Positions 17,096 through 26,949 are shown, counted from the stretch's first letter. The stretch is 55,769 bases of DNA from a bacterium (GCA_014360335.1 JACIXS010000010.1:1-55769), one strand, 5' to 3'. Numbers and translations: made by a program. The notes: generated by a model from the letters alone, not told the origin.

Positions 17096-17800
17096 ATGTC
17101 TCTATCAGATGAACTTCAAAAACTCTGGGAAGTTCAGTTGTTAGATGTAGAGATTATGAGTCTTGAAGAGAAGTTTCAAAGCCTTGATAGGGGGGAAGAG
17201 TTAAAGAAAAGGATTGATTCTCTTACTAATCTCTATAATAAAAAGTCCGAAGATATAAAATCCAAAGAAGTCTTTCTTAAGGAATTGGAACTTGAATTAT
17301 CCAGTCTAGAAGAAAGAAAGAAAAAAGATGAGGAGCGCCTCTATAAAAATGTCACTACTCAGAAAGAGGTAGATAGGCTTACCCAAGAGATTCAATATAT
17401 CAACCAAGAGAAGAACAAGGTAGAGGATAAGATTCTAGAAATTATGGAATCTTTAGACTCCCTTAGAGAAGAAGCCCCTAGGATTAAAAGAGAGATAGAA
17501 GAGCTAGAGACTTCCCTTACTGAGATCCTTGAAAAAGCCAAAGTTCTAGAACAAGAGATCTTAGCAAGTCTTCAAGATTTAAAGACTAAAAGAACAGAGA
17601 AAATAAAAGAAGTAGATTCAAAATTACTCTCTAAATACGAAATGATAAGAAAAAATAGACGGGGTAGGGGAATGTCTAAGGTTATAGAAGGAAAATGTTC
17701 GGAATGTGGGGTTGAATTGTCTCTTTTCCTTGTGGAAAAGCTAAAGCAATTGGACGAGTTACTTGTCTGTGAACACTGTGGAAGAATACTCTTTGTCTAG
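17096..17800 (+). CDS. Coiled-coil protein with C-terminal C4 zinc ribbon (DUF164/COG1579-like)
   Basis: 234 aa. Long E/K/L-rich heptad region, then CSECG...CEHCG. Confidence 0.65.
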   Translation: MSLSDELQKLWEVQLLDVEIMSLEEKFQSLDRGEELKKRIDSLTNLYNKKSEDIKSKEVFLKELELELSSLEERKKKDEERLYKNVTTQKEVDRLTQEIQYINQEKNKVEDKILEIMESLDSLREEAPRIKREIEELETSLTEILEKAKVLEQEILASLQDLKTKRTEKIKEVDSKLLSKYEMIRKNRRGRGMSKVIEGKCSECGVELSLFLVEKLKQLDELLVCEHCGRILFV

Positions 17801-17811
17801 CTAACTGAAAT

Positions 17812-17856
17812 AAAAATAAGAAAGCGGGGGAGAATTCTCCCCGCTTTCTTATTTAT
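17812..17856. terminator. Bidirectional rho-independent terminator between convergent genes
   Basis: AAGAAAGCGGGGGAGAATTCTCCCCGCTTTCTT hairpin flanked by an A-run (left) and a T-rich run (right). Confidence 0.85.
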
Positions 17857-17862
17857 GAACCT

Positions 17863-20520
17863 TTACTTATCTCTAAATGCCTGTTTCTCTTTAAGTGCTG
17901 CGTGAGCTGCTGCCAAACGAGCTACAGGAACTCTAAATGGAGAACAACTTACATAGTTAAGTCCGATTTCATGGGCAAACATTATAGAATCAGGGTCTCC
18001 ACCATGTTCTCCGCATATACCTACTTCTAGGTCAGGTCTGGTAGCTCGTCCTTCTTTTACTGCCATTTCCATAAGTCTGCCAACGCCCTTTGTATCGAGT
18101 GTCTGGAATGGGTCGTTAGAGAGGATGCCTTTTTCTAGATAGACAAATAGGAATTTACCCTCAGCATCGTCTCTAGAGTAGCCAAATGTCATCTGGGTTA
18201 GGTCGTTAGTTCCAAAGCTGAAGAACTGCGCATACTCAGCAATCTCTCCAGCAGTAAGGGCAGCTCTTGGAACTTCGATCATTGTTCCAAACTTGTAGTC
18301 TACTGTAATTCCTTGCTCTTCCATAACCTTCTTAGCTACAGCTTCTAGCTGTTCTCTTACCACTTTAAGCTCATTTACATGCCCTACTAGAGGAATCATA
18401 ACCTCTGGCTTTGGATTATACCCTTCTTTCTTGAGTTCGCAAGCTGCCTCGAAGATAGCTCTTACCTGCATCTCATTGAACTCTGGTCTAGTAATACCAA
18501 GTCTGCATCCTCTTAGACCTAGCATTGGGTTAGCTTCTCTCATTTCCTCTACACGTCTTAGAAGTTCTTCCTTTTCCGCTAAGGCTTTCGGGTCTTTCCC
18601 TGTAACTCTAAGCTCTACCACTTCAGCTAGAAGCTCTTCGTGTCTTGGTAAGAATTCATGTAGAGGTGGATCAAGTAGTCTTATTATAACAGGTAGTCCA
18701 TCCATAACTTTCAGAATACCTTTGAAATCTTCCTTCTGTATAGGTAGGAGCTTATCTAATGCGGCTTTTCTCTCTTCTGGGGTTCTAGCTAATATTGCCT
18801 GTCTCACTATAGGTAATCTATCTGCTTCGAAGAACATATGCTCAGTTCTGCAGAGTCCAATACCCTGAGCTCCATACTCTTTAGCCTTTTGAGCGTCTCT
18901 TGGGTAGTCTGCATTAGCCCAGTTCTGAAGTTTCTTAAACTGGTCAGCCCAAGATAGTAACTTTTGAAGTTCTGGGGTGAGTTCTGGTTCTATTAGAGGA
19001 ACTTCACCTAAGATTACCTCTCCGGTTGTTCCGTTTATCGTTATAACGTCTCCCTCTTTTACTGTATAGCCGTCTACATTGAAGAGTCTCTTATCTAGGT
19101 CAATCTTTATAGATTCTGCTCCAACTACGCAAGGCTTTCCAATTCCTCTTGCTACGACTGCAGCATGGCTTGTTGCTCCACCACGAGCAGTAAGAATTCC
19201 CTCACTTACTATCATTCCTCCCACATCGTCTGGGTTTGTCTCTGGTCTTACAAGAATGACCTTCTCTCCATTCTGAGCCCATTCTTTAGCTCTCTCTGCA
19301 TCAAAAACAGCCTTACCAGTAGCTGCTCCTGGAGAAGCATTCAATCCTTTAGCTATAACGGTAACTTTGGCAGAGGGGTCTATCTGTCTGTGGAGTAGTT
19401 GATTAATCTGATTGGGCTCCACTCTTAAGACAGCCTCTTCCTTAGAGATGATACCTTCTTCAGCCATATCAACAGCTATCTTTACTGCAGCTTGAGCAGT
19501 TCTCTTACCAGACCTTGTCTGAAGCATCCATAGCTTTCCACGCTCTACAGTGAATTCTATATCCTGCATATCTCTGTAGTAGTTTTCTAATTTCTTCGCT
19601 ATCTCTACTAGTTGGTCGTATACAACCGGCATTTTCTCTTTCAGTTCATCTATCTTTAGAGGTGTACGGATACCAGCTACTACGTCTTCACCCTGAGCAT
19701 TGAATAAGAACTCGCCAAAGAACCTCTTCTCTCCTGTTGCTGGGTCTCTTGTAAATGCGACGCCTGTTCCGGAGTCAAAGCCCATATTACCAAATACCAT
19801 AGTAACTACATTTACTGCGGTACCAAGGTTGTGAGGTATCTTGTGGTAATTTCTATAGTCAATAGCTCTCTTATTGTTCCAAGAGTTGAATACTGCACCT
19901 ATGGCTAGCCTTAACTGTTCGAGAGGGTCCTGTGGGAAGTCTTTTCCTGTCTCTCTCTTAACGATGTCTTTGAAGATGGAGACTATCTCTTTTAGGTGCT
20001 CTGCTGTAAGGTCTGTATCATAGTGTGCCTCTACTTTCTCCTTATATTCTTCGAATGCCTTGTCGAATAGTTCACCGGGAACACCTAGAACTATTTTACC
20101 AAAGAGTTGTATGAAACGTCTGTATGCGTCATAGACAAATCTCTCATTTTGGGTAAGCTGTATAAGTCCCTTTGCAACCTCATCATTTAGTCCTAGATTT
20201 AGGACTGTATCCATCATTCCTGGCATAGAGAACTTTGCTCCTGACCTTACCGAGACCAAAAGAGGATTAGAGACATCTCCAAACTTCTTCCCTGTTCTCC
20301 TCTCCACTTCTTTAAGTGCTTCTAGCACCTGTTCCCACATACCTTCTGGGAACTTTTGGTTGTTCTCGTAGTAGGCATTGCAAGCCTCTGTGGTGATAGT
20401 AAATCCTGGAGGTACAGGAAGCCCTGCCTGGGTCATCTGTGCTAACCCAGCCCCTTTACCTCCTAAAAGCGCCCTATCATTAGGGTCGCCTTCATCAAAT
20501 AAGTAGACCCACTTCTTCAT
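17863..20520 (-). CDS. ppdK: Pyruvate, phosphate dikinase
   Basis: 885 aa. LLGGKGAGLAQM ATP-grasp start, phosphohistidine motif GGATSHAAVVARG, C-terminal PEP-utilizer domain (CGEHGGDP). Confidence 0.97.
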   Translation of the reverse strand: MKKWVYLFDEGDPNDRALLGGKGAGLAQMTQAGLPVPPGFTITTEACNAYYENNQKFPEGMWEQVLEALKEVERRTGKKFGDVSNPLLVSVRSGAKFSMPGMMDTVLNLGLNDEVAKGLIQLTQNERFVYDAYRRFIQLFGKIVLGVPGELFDKAFEEYKEKVEAHYDTDLTAEHLKEIVSIFKDIVKRETGKDFPQDPLEQLRLAIGAVFNSWNNKRAIDYRNYHKIPHNLGTAVNVVTMVFGNMGFDSGTGVAFTRDPATGEKRFFGEFLFNAQGEDVVAGIRTPLKIDELKEKMPVVYDQLVEIAKKLENYYRDMQDIEFTVERGKLWMLQTRSGKRTAQAAVKIAVDMAEEGIISKEEAVLRVEPNQINQLLHRQIDPSAKVTVIAKGLNASPGAATGKAVFDAERAKEWAQNGEKVILVRPETNPDDVGGMIVSEGILTARGGATSHAAVVARGIGKPCVVGAESIKIDLDKRLFNVDGYTVKEGDVITINGTTGEVILGEVPLIEPELTPELQKLLSWADQFKKLQNWANADYPRDAQKAKEYGAQGIGLCRTEHMFFEADRLPIVRQAILARTPEERKAALDKLLPIQKEDFKGILKVMDGLPVIIRLLDPPLHEFLPRHEELLAEVVELRVTGKDPKALAEKEELLRRVEEMREANPMLGLRGCRLGITRPEFNEMQVRAIFEAACELKKEGYNPKPEVMIPLVGHVNELKVVREQLEAVAKKVMEEQGITVDYKFGTMIEVPRAALTAGEIAEYAQFFSFGTNDLTQMTFGYSRDDAEGKFLFVYLEKGILSNDPFQTLDTKGVGRLMEMAVKEGRATRPDLEVGICGEHGGDPDSIMFAHEIGLNYVSCSPFRVPVARLAAAHAALKEKQAFRDK

Positions 20521-20763
20521 CTTTCACACTCCTTTTATTAAAGATTATTCTCTGCACTTTTAGTCAAGCTTTATCTATTATATCAGAAAACATATAAAAT
20601 ATTCAACTCACACCGACAAATCCTCGTCATTACAGGGATTCGAGATAGTTTTACTTATATACTATCATAATGAGTCTCACTTTCTTTTAGTTGTTTCTCT
20701 AGTTTTCATTAGTAGGACAAGCAGAATGCTATCTATCTGAAAAATTGAAAATTATACAAAGAA

Positions 20764-20791
20764 TTGACTTTTGATTAGATTACTTTAAAAT
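20764..20791 (+). promoter_or_regulatory. Promoter TTGACT-N16-TAAAAT for the VOC-family gene
   Basis: Hexamers at 20764-20769 and 20786-20791. SD AAGGAGGG at 20812-20819. Confidence 0.55.
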
Positions 20792-20823
20792 ATTACTCAT
20801 TAAGACTAAATAAGGAGGGTTGT

Positions 20824-21225
20824 ATGTTTGTAAAAGGATTGGACCATATATCTATAATAGTTAGCGATGTAGAGGAAAATTTAAGATTCTACAGAGATAT
20901 CCTTGGTTTTAATGTGCTAAAAGACTTCTATGATGAAAAAGAAAAGGCTAGGATAATATTTCTAAATGTCGGTAATAATATGCTTGAATTGATAGCTCCA
21001 GATGAAAAGCCTACTAAAGGGGAAAAGGTAAGTTGGGAAAAGAGGAGTAAAGGTGGAGTAGAGCATATCGCCTTTTTAGTAGATGATATGGATAGGACTT
21101 ATGAATATCTAAAATCGAGAGGGATAGAGTTTATCTTAGGTCCATTGGAATTCTCAGAAGGTAAATATGGTTACTTCTATGGTCCAGAAGGAGTGCTCTT
21201 AGAAGTAATTTGGTGGAAAACTTGA
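20824..21225 (+). CDS. VOC (glyoxalase/methylmalonyl-CoA epimerase-like) family protein
   Basis: 133 aa. GLDHISIIVSD...HIAFLVDD paired beta-alpha-beta-beta-beta modules. Confidence 0.75.
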   Translation: MFVKGLDHISIIVSDVEENLRFYRDILGFNVLKDFYDEKEKARIIFLNVGNNMLELIAPDEKPTKGEKVSWEKRSKGGVEHIAFLVDDMDRTYEYLKSRGIEFILGPLEFSEGKYGYFYGPEGVLLEVIWWKT

Positions 21226-21230
21226 CCCCC

Positions 21231-21258
21231 TTGACAGTTTGAAATAGTGGTATAAAAT
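21231..21258 (+). promoter_or_regulatory. Promoter for the tRNA-Gly/tRNA-Thr pair (TTGACA-N16-TAAAAT)
   Basis: Consensus -35 at 21231-21236. TGGTATAAAAT region at 21248-21258. tRNA starts at 21270. Confidence 0.6.
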
Positions 21259-21269
21259 ATAGTATAGGT

Positions 21270-21345
21270 GCGGGAATAGCTCAGGTGGTAGAGCATCAGC
21301 TTCCCAAGCTGAGGGCCGCGGGTTCGAGCCCCGTTTCCCGCTCCA
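21270..21345 (+). tRNA. tRNA-Gly (CCC); CCA encoded
   Basis: Acceptor GCGGGAA/TTCCCGC, anticodon arm TCAGC-TTCCCAA-GCTGA, discriminator U. Confidence 0.92.
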
Positions 21346-21356
21346 ATATTTTTTAT

Positions 21357-21431
21357 GCCGACGTAGCTCAGCGGTAGAGCAGCTGATTCGTAATCAGCGG
21401 GTCGTCCGTTCGAATCGGATCGTCGGCTCCA
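21357..21431 (+). tRNA. tRNA-Thr (CGU); CCA encoded
   Basis: Acceptor GCCGACG/CGTCGGC, anticodon arm GCTGA-TTCGTAA-TCAGC, T arm GTCCG-TTCGAAT-CGGAT. Confidence 0.92.
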
Positions 21432-21448
21432 TTTAGGAGGGATAATGT

Positions 21449-21814
21449 ATGAAGATAAAAATAACTTTTCCTGTAGGCTCTGTCGAAGGGGAGCTCAATG
21501 ATTCTGAGACTGCAAAGGCAATCTATAGTAATCTTCCTATAAAAGCCAGGGCAAACACTTGGGGTAAAGAGGTTTATTTTGGTATTCCCGTATATAAGGA
21601 TGAAGAAAATGCTGTTTCAACTGTTAATAAAGGAGATATTGGATACTGGCCTCCAGGGCATGCCTTGTGTCTCTTCTTTGGTCCTACACCAATATCTAAA
21701 GGAAACGAGATAAGACCTGCTAGCCCTGTTAACGTTGTAGGTAAGATTACCTCCAATTTGGAATTGCTAGAAAAGGTTAATGATGGGATGGATATCTTTA
21801 TCGAGAAGGCTTAG
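21449..21814 (+). CDS. Cyclophilin-like fold protein (TM1367/DUF3830-like)
   Basis: 121 aa. ELNDSETAKAIYSNLP...GDIGYWPPGHALCLFFG pattern recalled from the cyclophilin-like superfamily of unknown function. Confidence 0.5.
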   Translation: MKIKITFPVGSVEGELNDSETAKAIYSNLPIKARANTWGKEVYFGIPVYKDEENAVSTVNKGDIGYWPPGHALCLFFGPTPISKGNEIRPASPVNVVGKITSNLELLEKVNDGMDIFIEKA

Positions 21815-22504
21815 ATGAAAAAGGTTCCTATATGGCCTATTGTAAAAGGTGCTTTTATCGATGTTTATGATAATTTGGGGTGGGTGCTATTTATAAGTGC
21901 TGTATGGTTTGGTTTTGCGGTTCCTGTTGTATTTGCGGTTTTACCAGGGAACCTTCATATAATCTTTAGGATACTTCTAGGCACCTCTGTGATATTTCTT
22001 GGTCCAGCTACAGCAGGTGCCTATTATTTAGCTAACAAACTAATAAAAAGAGAGAGTATTGAGTGGAAAGATTATTTCTTTGCTTTTAAAAAATTTTTTT
22101 GGCGTTCGGAGGCTCTTATATTAATATACTTATTGGCTATTGCTATTGTAGTAGTTGACTTTATGTTTTACTCTCAGATTCAAAATATGATAGTTAGAGT
22201 CCTAAGTATCTTTTGGCTTTACATACTTCTTTTCCTTGGTATATTACAGACCTATATGTTTCCATTGTTAGTAGAACAGGATACTGGAATAAAAAAGGTG
22301 ATTATTAGGTCTTTTTTATTGAGTATAGATAATATTGGGGTATCATTTGTGATATTTATAGTGGTAATAGCCTTATGTGCAGTCTGTATACTTACTGGAG
22401 TAGGAGCGCTCTTACTCTTAATGGGAGTAAAGAGTTTCTTTGATACTAAAACTTTTCTTGCGGTTATGGAGAAGTATGAAGAACTGCCTAATCCTCAGAA
22501 GTGA
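21815..22504 (+). CDS. Polytopic membrane protein (DUF624/YesL-like?)
   Basis: 229 aa with about 5 hydrophobic segments. Start codon abuts the preceding stop. Confidence 0.45.
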   Translation: MKKVPIWPIVKGAFIDVYDNLGWVLFISAVWFGFAVPVVFAVLPGNLHIIFRILLGTSVIFLGPATAGAYYLANKLIKRESIEWKDYFFAFKKFFWRSEALILIYLLAIAIVVVDFMFYSQIQNMIVRVLSIFWLYILLFLGILQTYMFPLLVEQDTGIKKVIIRSFLLSIDNIGVSFVIFIVVIALCAVCILTGVGALLLLMGVKSFFDTKTFLAVMEKYEELPNPQK

Positions 22505-22519
22505 AAGGAGGGATGATGT

Positions 22520-23644
22520 ATGGATAGGCATTCAAAGTTTTATTTCTTCTTCTTAGCTATAGTTGTGGCTATTGTAGGGGTTATACTTGGGGGGACGGTA
22601 GCCCCACATTATGCCTTTAAGCCAACGATATCTCCTGAGGTGGTTTCTCCTCAGGTAGGTACTACCACAACTGAAACGCCTCAGCCTACAAAGATAGAAT
22701 CTAAGGTTGTAGAGACAGAAGAATCTGTATACATAAGGGTTGCAGAGGCAGTTGGTCCAAGTGTAGTTAATGTTAATACAAAAACCCGAATACAATTCTT
22801 CTTCCAAGCTATACCTCAAGAGGGAGCAGGTTCTGGAGTAATCATTACTGACAATGGATATATACTTACAAACAACCATGTAGTAGAAGGAGCCCAGCAG
22901 ATTACAGTTACCTTAGCTGATGGGAGAACATTTGATGCGAAAGTTGTAGGGAGAGACCCCTATACAGATATAGCGGTTATAAAGATAGATGCAACAGGAC
23001 TTCCAGCTGCAAAGCTTGGTGATTCTACCAATCTCAAGATAGGGCAGATAGCTATAGCGATAGGTAATCCTTTTGGACTAGGCAAGACGGTTACCGCTGG
23101 GATTATTAGCGCTCTTAATAGAACGATAACTACCGAAAGTGGTACTATAATTGAGGGACTTATCCAGACAGATGCTCCAATAAATCCTGGTAATAGTGGA
23201 GGAGCTTTAGTAAATAGTTCAGGTGAAGTGATTGGAATAAATACCGCTATATACCAAGGTGCTCAAGGAATTGGTTTTGCTATACCTATACATCTAGCTA
23301 AATCCATTGCTGACCAGATAATTAGCAAAGGTTATGCATCTCACCCCTGGATGGGGGTCTATCTCGATACTGTAGATACTCAAATCTCTGCCTACTATAG
23401 GCTTCCAGTTGACTATGGAGCTATAATTATGGATGTAGTCAGAAATGGTCCTGCAGATAAAGCTGGTATTAAGAGAGGAGACATAATAGTAGAATTCAAC
23501 GGAGAAAAGATAGAAACTGCGGATGACCTAGTAGTCAGAGTAATGAGATGTAAGGTTGGAGATAGGGTAAGGTTAGGTGTGGTAAGAGGAGATCAGAGAC
23601 TAACAATAGAGGTAACGTTAGAGGAAAGACCAAGAGGAGAGTGA
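22520..23644 (+). CDS. HtrA/DegP-family serine protease with one PDZ domain
   Basis: N-terminal TM anchor. Catalytic motifs TNNHVV, DIAVIK, GNSGGAL. C-terminal PDZ ([13 protein letters not shown]). Confidence 0.9.
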   Translation: MDRHSKFYFFFLAIVVAIVGVILGGTVAPHYAFKPTISPEVVSPQVGTTTTETPQPTKIESKVVETEESVYIRVAEAVGPSVVNVNTKTRIQFFFQAIPQEGAGSGVIITDNGYILTNNHVVEGAQQITVTLADGRTFDAKVVGRDPYTDIAVIKIDATGLPAAKLGDSTNLKIGQIAIAIGNPFGLGKTVTAGIISALNRTITTESGTIIEGLIQTDAPINPGNSGGALVNSSGEVIGINTAIYQGAQGIGFAIPIHLAKSIADQIISKGYASHPWMGVYLDTVDTQISAYYRLPVDYGAIIMDVVRNGPADKAGIKRGDIIVEFNGEKIETADDLVVRVMRCKVGDRVRLGVVRGDQRLTIEVTLEERPRGE

Positions 23645-23650
23645 TAAGAT

Positions 23651-23872
23651 TTGCCTTTATACGAATATAAATGTCTTGACTGTAATAGCAAATTTGAGGT
23701 GCTCTTAAGAGACCTTTCAGAAGATGTTGTTTGTGAGAAGTGCGGTTCTAAAAATACTAGGAGATTGATATCTGCATTTAGTTTTGCTAGTTCTGGAGAT
23801 ACAGGGATAAAAGTAAGCTCAGGTTGTAGCACATGTAATTCTAAGAGCTGTAGTACCTGTAGATCAAGTTGA
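23651..23872 (+). CDS. FmdB-family zinc-ribbon protein (CxxC_CxxC_SSSS)
   Basis: 73 aa. (M)PLYEYKCLDCNSKFEV...CEKCGS. TTG start. Confidence 0.75.
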   Translation: MPLYEYKCLDCNSKFEVLLRDLSEDVVCEKCGSKNTRRLISAFSFASSGDTGIKVSSGCSTCNSKSCSTCRSS

Positions 23873-24789
23873 TATCTGCAATATTAACGATTCTCCTTCT
23901 CCTCGGCATTGGTTATATTGCTCGCATCCTGGGGTTATTCAAACCTCAGGATGTTTCTCTTTTAAATAAGCTTGTCTTATACATATTTATGCCTGCTACT
24001 GTCTTCTATGGTATTTACAATCTAGAGGTGGATGTTTCTCTTCTAAAACTACCCTTAGTTGGTATAGTCGAAGTTTTTCTTTTATTACCATTATTGATAT
24101 TGATTACTAGAAGATTAGAGGGTAATTTGAGAGGTGCATATATATTGACTGCCCTTTTTGGTAATACTGCCTTTATCGGTTATCCTGTCTCCCTATTAAC
24201 TTATGGTAATGAAGGACTTGCTAGGGCTATTATCTATGACCAGATTGGATTCACAATATCCCTTACCACTATTGGAGTATGGACAGCTAAGCATTTTGGA
24301 CGTAATAGTGATGGATTTTCATTAAAAGAATCATTAATTGGCATTATAACATATCCTCCATTCCCACTTCTCCTATTAGCCTTTATATTAAGAATATTAA
24401 GAGTACAGTTACCCGACTTTTCTCTAAGGGCTCTTTCATATCTAAGTAATGCTACAGTCCCCGTTATTATGATAGGTATAGGTGGACTCTTACAGCTAGA
24501 ATTCAATATAAGATACATAAAGCTTGCATTAGGAACAGTATTCTTTAAGATGATACTATTCCCTACAATAGGAGTAATATTAGGACTTCTCTTTAGATTA
24601 GACCAGCTTTCCTTGAAGGTTTTAATAATCGAATCTGGGGTTCCCGTTATGATGTCTTCTGTGGTTTTAGGTAGCGAATATGGGCTCGACGTAGAATTTA
24701 TCCTGACGGTCATTCTGATAACTACTGTTCTAGTTCTTGGAACTCTTCCTTTGATGAATTCTATATTAGGTATATTCCTACCTAGTTGA
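23869..24789 (+). CDS. AEC (auxin efflux carrier) family permease
   Basis: 306 aa, about 10 TM segments, family-like N-terminus. 4-nt overlap with the preceding gene. Confidence 0.7.
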   Translation: MISAILTILLLLGIGYIARILGLFKPQDVSLLNKLVLYIFMPATVFYGIYNLEVDVSLLKLPLVGIVEVFLLLPLLILITRRLEGNLRGAYILTALFGNTAFIGYPVSLLTYGNEGLARAIIYDQIGFTISLTTIGVWTAKHFGRNSDGFSLKESLIGIITYPPFPLLLLAFILRILRVQLPDFSLRALSYLSNATVPVIMIGIGGLLQLEFNIRYIKLALGTVFFKMILFPTIGVILGLLFRLDQLSLKVLIIESGVPVMMSSVVLGSEYGLDVEFILTVILITTVLVLGTLPLMNSILGIFLPS

Positions 24790-24815
24790 CAGCTAATGCT
24801 GTTTTATGGTATAGT
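24786..24815 (+). promoter_or_regulatory. Promoter TTGACA-N18-(TGG)TATAGT for infC-rpmI-rplT
   Basis: -35 at 24786-24791 overlaps the stop of the AEC gene. Extended -10 TGGTATAGT at 24807-24815. Confidence 0.65.
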
Positions 24816-24858
24816 CTAGCAAGTGAGAAGTAATATTTTGGTAAGGAGGGATTGGTAA

Positions 24859-25446
24859 ATAAGTAACGAATTAAGAGTTAACAACCAGATTCAGGCAGCC
24901 CAGATTAGGCTTATAGATGCCAAGGGAAGGCATATAGGTGTAGTGCCATTAAAGGAAGGATTGAGATTAGCGAGAGAAGCGGGTTTAGATTTAGTAGAGG
25001 TAAATCCTGGTGCTAACCCACCGGTATGTAAGATACTAGACTACGGAAAGTTTCAATACGAAAAGAATAAGAAGGATAAAGAGGCTAAGAAGAAGCAGAA
25101 GATTATAGAGGTAAAGGAGATAAGACTTAGACCTGAGATTGGCTTACATGATTTAGAGACTAAGATCAGAGGAGCTAAGGAGTTTTTAGCTGAAGGTAAC
25201 AAAGTGAAATTTACAATAAGACTTAGAGGAAGGCAATTCCTGCATACGGATAGAAGTGCATCTTTAGCTAATCAGATAGCAGAACTTTTGAAGGATGTAG
25301 CAGAGATTGAATCGGAGAAACCAATCTCCGATGAGAACAGAGAGTATATAATAGTATTCTCACCTAAGAAACGGGAGGAGAAAAAGGATGGGAAAAGGAC
25401 TAAAGACACACAGAGGAGCGGCGAAGAGGTTCAAAGTAACAGGTAG
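24859..25446 (+). CDS. infC: Translation initiation factor IF-3, non-canonical ATA start
   Basis: Reading upstream of the ORF-track GTG (24943) the frame stays open to TAA 24856-24858 and encodes ISNELRVNNQIQAAQIRLIDAKGRHIGVV, the conserved IF-3 N-terminus. SD AAGGAGGG (24843-24850) lies 8 nt before ATA 24859. No ATG/GTG/TTG is available there. Confidence 0.85.
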   Translation: MSNELRVNNQIQAAQIRLIDAKGRHIGVVPLKEGLRLAREAGLDLVEVNPGANPPVCKILDYGKFQYEKNKKDKEAKKKQKIIEVKEIRLRPEIGLHDLETKIRGAKEFLAEGNKVKFTIRLRGRQFLHTDRSASLANQIAELLKDVAEIESEKPISDENREYIIVFSPKKREEKKDGKRTKDTQRSGEEVQSNR

Positions 25447-25591
25447 CGGAAAGATAATGAGGGCTCATGCATACAGTGGGCACCACTTTATGAAGAAGAG
25501 TAAGTCTGCACTTAGGGTCCTTAAGAGTCTTACTGAAGTTGATAAGACCAATCTTAAAGCAGTTAAAAGATTAATACCTCATAGTTTATAA
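25388..25591 (+). CDS. rpmI: 50S ribosomal protein L35
   Basis: 67 aa. KTHRGAAKRFKVTGSGK motif. SD GGGAGGAG 7 nt upstream. Overlaps the infC 3' end by 59 nt. Confidence 0.93.
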   Translation: MGKGLKTHRGAAKRFKVTGSGKIMRAHAYSGHHFMKKSKSALRVLKSLTEVDKTNLKAVKRLIPHSL

Positions 25592-25600
25592 GGTGGAGAT

Positions 25601-25960
25601 ATGGCTAGAGTAAAAGGTGGAATTGTTACAAGAAGAAGACATAAGAAGATATTAAAGCTTGCGAAGGGGTATAGAGGTGCAAGAAGTAGAAGGTTCAGAT
25701 CCGCTAATGAGGCTTTACTAAAGGCTCTTAGTTATGCTTATAGGGATAGGAAAGCTAGGAAGAGAGAGTTTAGAAGATTATGGATAGCCAGGATAAACGC
25801 CGGAGTTAGAGAGCTTGGTATGACCTATTCTCAGTTTATGCATGGGTTAAAGCTTGCAGGTATCTCTCTAAATAGAAAGGTCCTAGCCGATCTAGCAGTC
25901 TCTGATAGAGAAGAGTTTAGAAGAATAGTCGAGCTATCTAAATCCGCTCTAAAGGCATAG
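25601..25960 (+). CDS. rplT: 50S ribosomal protein L20
   Basis: 119 aa. [26 protein letters not shown]. Confidence 0.97.
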   Translation: MARVKGGIVTRRRHKKILKLAKGYRGARSRRFRSANEALLKALSYAYRDRKARKREFRRLWIARINAGVRELGMTYSQFMHGLKLAGISLNRKVLADLAVSDREEFRRIVELSKSALKA

Positions 25961-25968
25961 AGGCTTAT

Positions 25969-26928
25969 ATGAAAGGACTAATCTATCTAGGCATATTAGT
26001 CCTTAGTATTTTAAGCACCTATTATTCTACCCCTATCTTTAGAAGGTTTTCTGTAAAGATAGGGCTGTTGGATAAGCCTAATCCACGCAAGATACACTTA
26101 GAACCGATCCCCCTAGCTGGGGGATTTAGTTTTTTATTTACCTTTATTGTTCTTTCATTAATCTTTCTCCCTGTAGACAAAAAGTTAATGAGTATTATTG
26201 GAGGAGCATCTCTTATATTTCTTACTCACTTAGTTGATGACTATTTTAAAGCAAATGCTAAAGATTTTCCTGCTCTTCCAAAGTTCTTAGGACAAGTTGC
26301 TAGTGCCTTAATAGTAATTGCAGGTGGAATAAGCATATCTTCTATTAGAAATCCCTTTACTGGAGCTTATATGATTTTCTCACCTCTATTTTCTACTATA
26401 CTTACAGTAGTGTGGATAGTTGGAGTAAGTAATCTTATAAACTTTGCAGATGGATTAGACGGTCTAGCTTCAGGTGTAACAGCTATTGCAAGTAGCACCC
26501 TGGCAATAGTCAGTAGTCTCCTGAATAGAGGTTATGCTACTACTATGGCTGTAATCCTTCTTGGTATCTCTTTGGGTTTCTTAAGGCATAATATGAGTCA
26601 GACTAACAAGGTATTTATGGGGGATAGCGGGGCTTATCTACTTGGGTTTATACTAGGGACTATAGCTGTGGAAGGAACGATGAAAGGGACTACCGCAATT
26701 GCTGTCCTTGTTCCTTTTATAGTTCTTGGTCAGCCGATAATAGATACTGGGATAAATGTTATAAGAAGAACGCTCAAGGGTGAACCTTTTTATAAGGCTG
26801 ATAGGGAACATTTACATCATAAACTCTTAGACTGGGGGTTAAATACTACACAGGCTCTTCTCTTTATATACCTTATCAATATTTGTTTCTCTTTAATGGC
26901 TCTTTTAGTTATATTTGCCAGAAAGTAG
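25969..26928 (+). CDS. Polyprenyl-phosphate sugar-1-phosphate transferase (MraY/WecA/TagO family, Glycos_transf_4)
   Basis: 319 aa, multi-TM. NLINFADGLDGLA and MGDSGAYLLGF motifs. Confidence 0.85.
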   Translation: MKGLIYLGILVLSILSTYYSTPIFRRFSVKIGLLDKPNPRKIHLEPIPLAGGFSFLFTFIVLSLIFLPVDKKLMSIIGGASLIFLTHLVDDYFKANAKDFPALPKFLGQVASALIVIAGGISISSIRNPFTGAYMIFSPLFSTILTVVWIVGVSNLINFADGLDGLASGVTAIASSTLAIVSSLLNRGYATTMAVILLGISLGFLRHNMSQTNKVFMGDSGAYLLGFILGTIAVEGTMKGTTAIAVLVPFIVLGQPIIDTGINVIRRTLKGEPFYKADREHLHHKLLDWGLNTTQALLFIYLINICFSLMALLVIFARK

Positions 26929-26949
26929 GTGACACTAATCTTAGATTAG

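Noticed and set aside
20590-20760. About 170 bp of featureless spacer between the ppdK and VOC promoters, containing a small hairpin AATCCT...AGGGATT. I considered an sRNA or small ORF.
   Set aside because: It is AT-rich, has only a 6-codon ORF, and shows no convincing promoter-plus-terminator pair or extended structure. The evidence is insufficient to call anything.
16856-21448. tRNA pairs as possible integration sites for a genomic island, with ppdK and its neighbours lying between two tRNA clusters.
   Set aside because: I saw no integrase, recombinase or phage gene, and no direct repeat of a tRNA 3' end. The content is core metabolism with normal composition.
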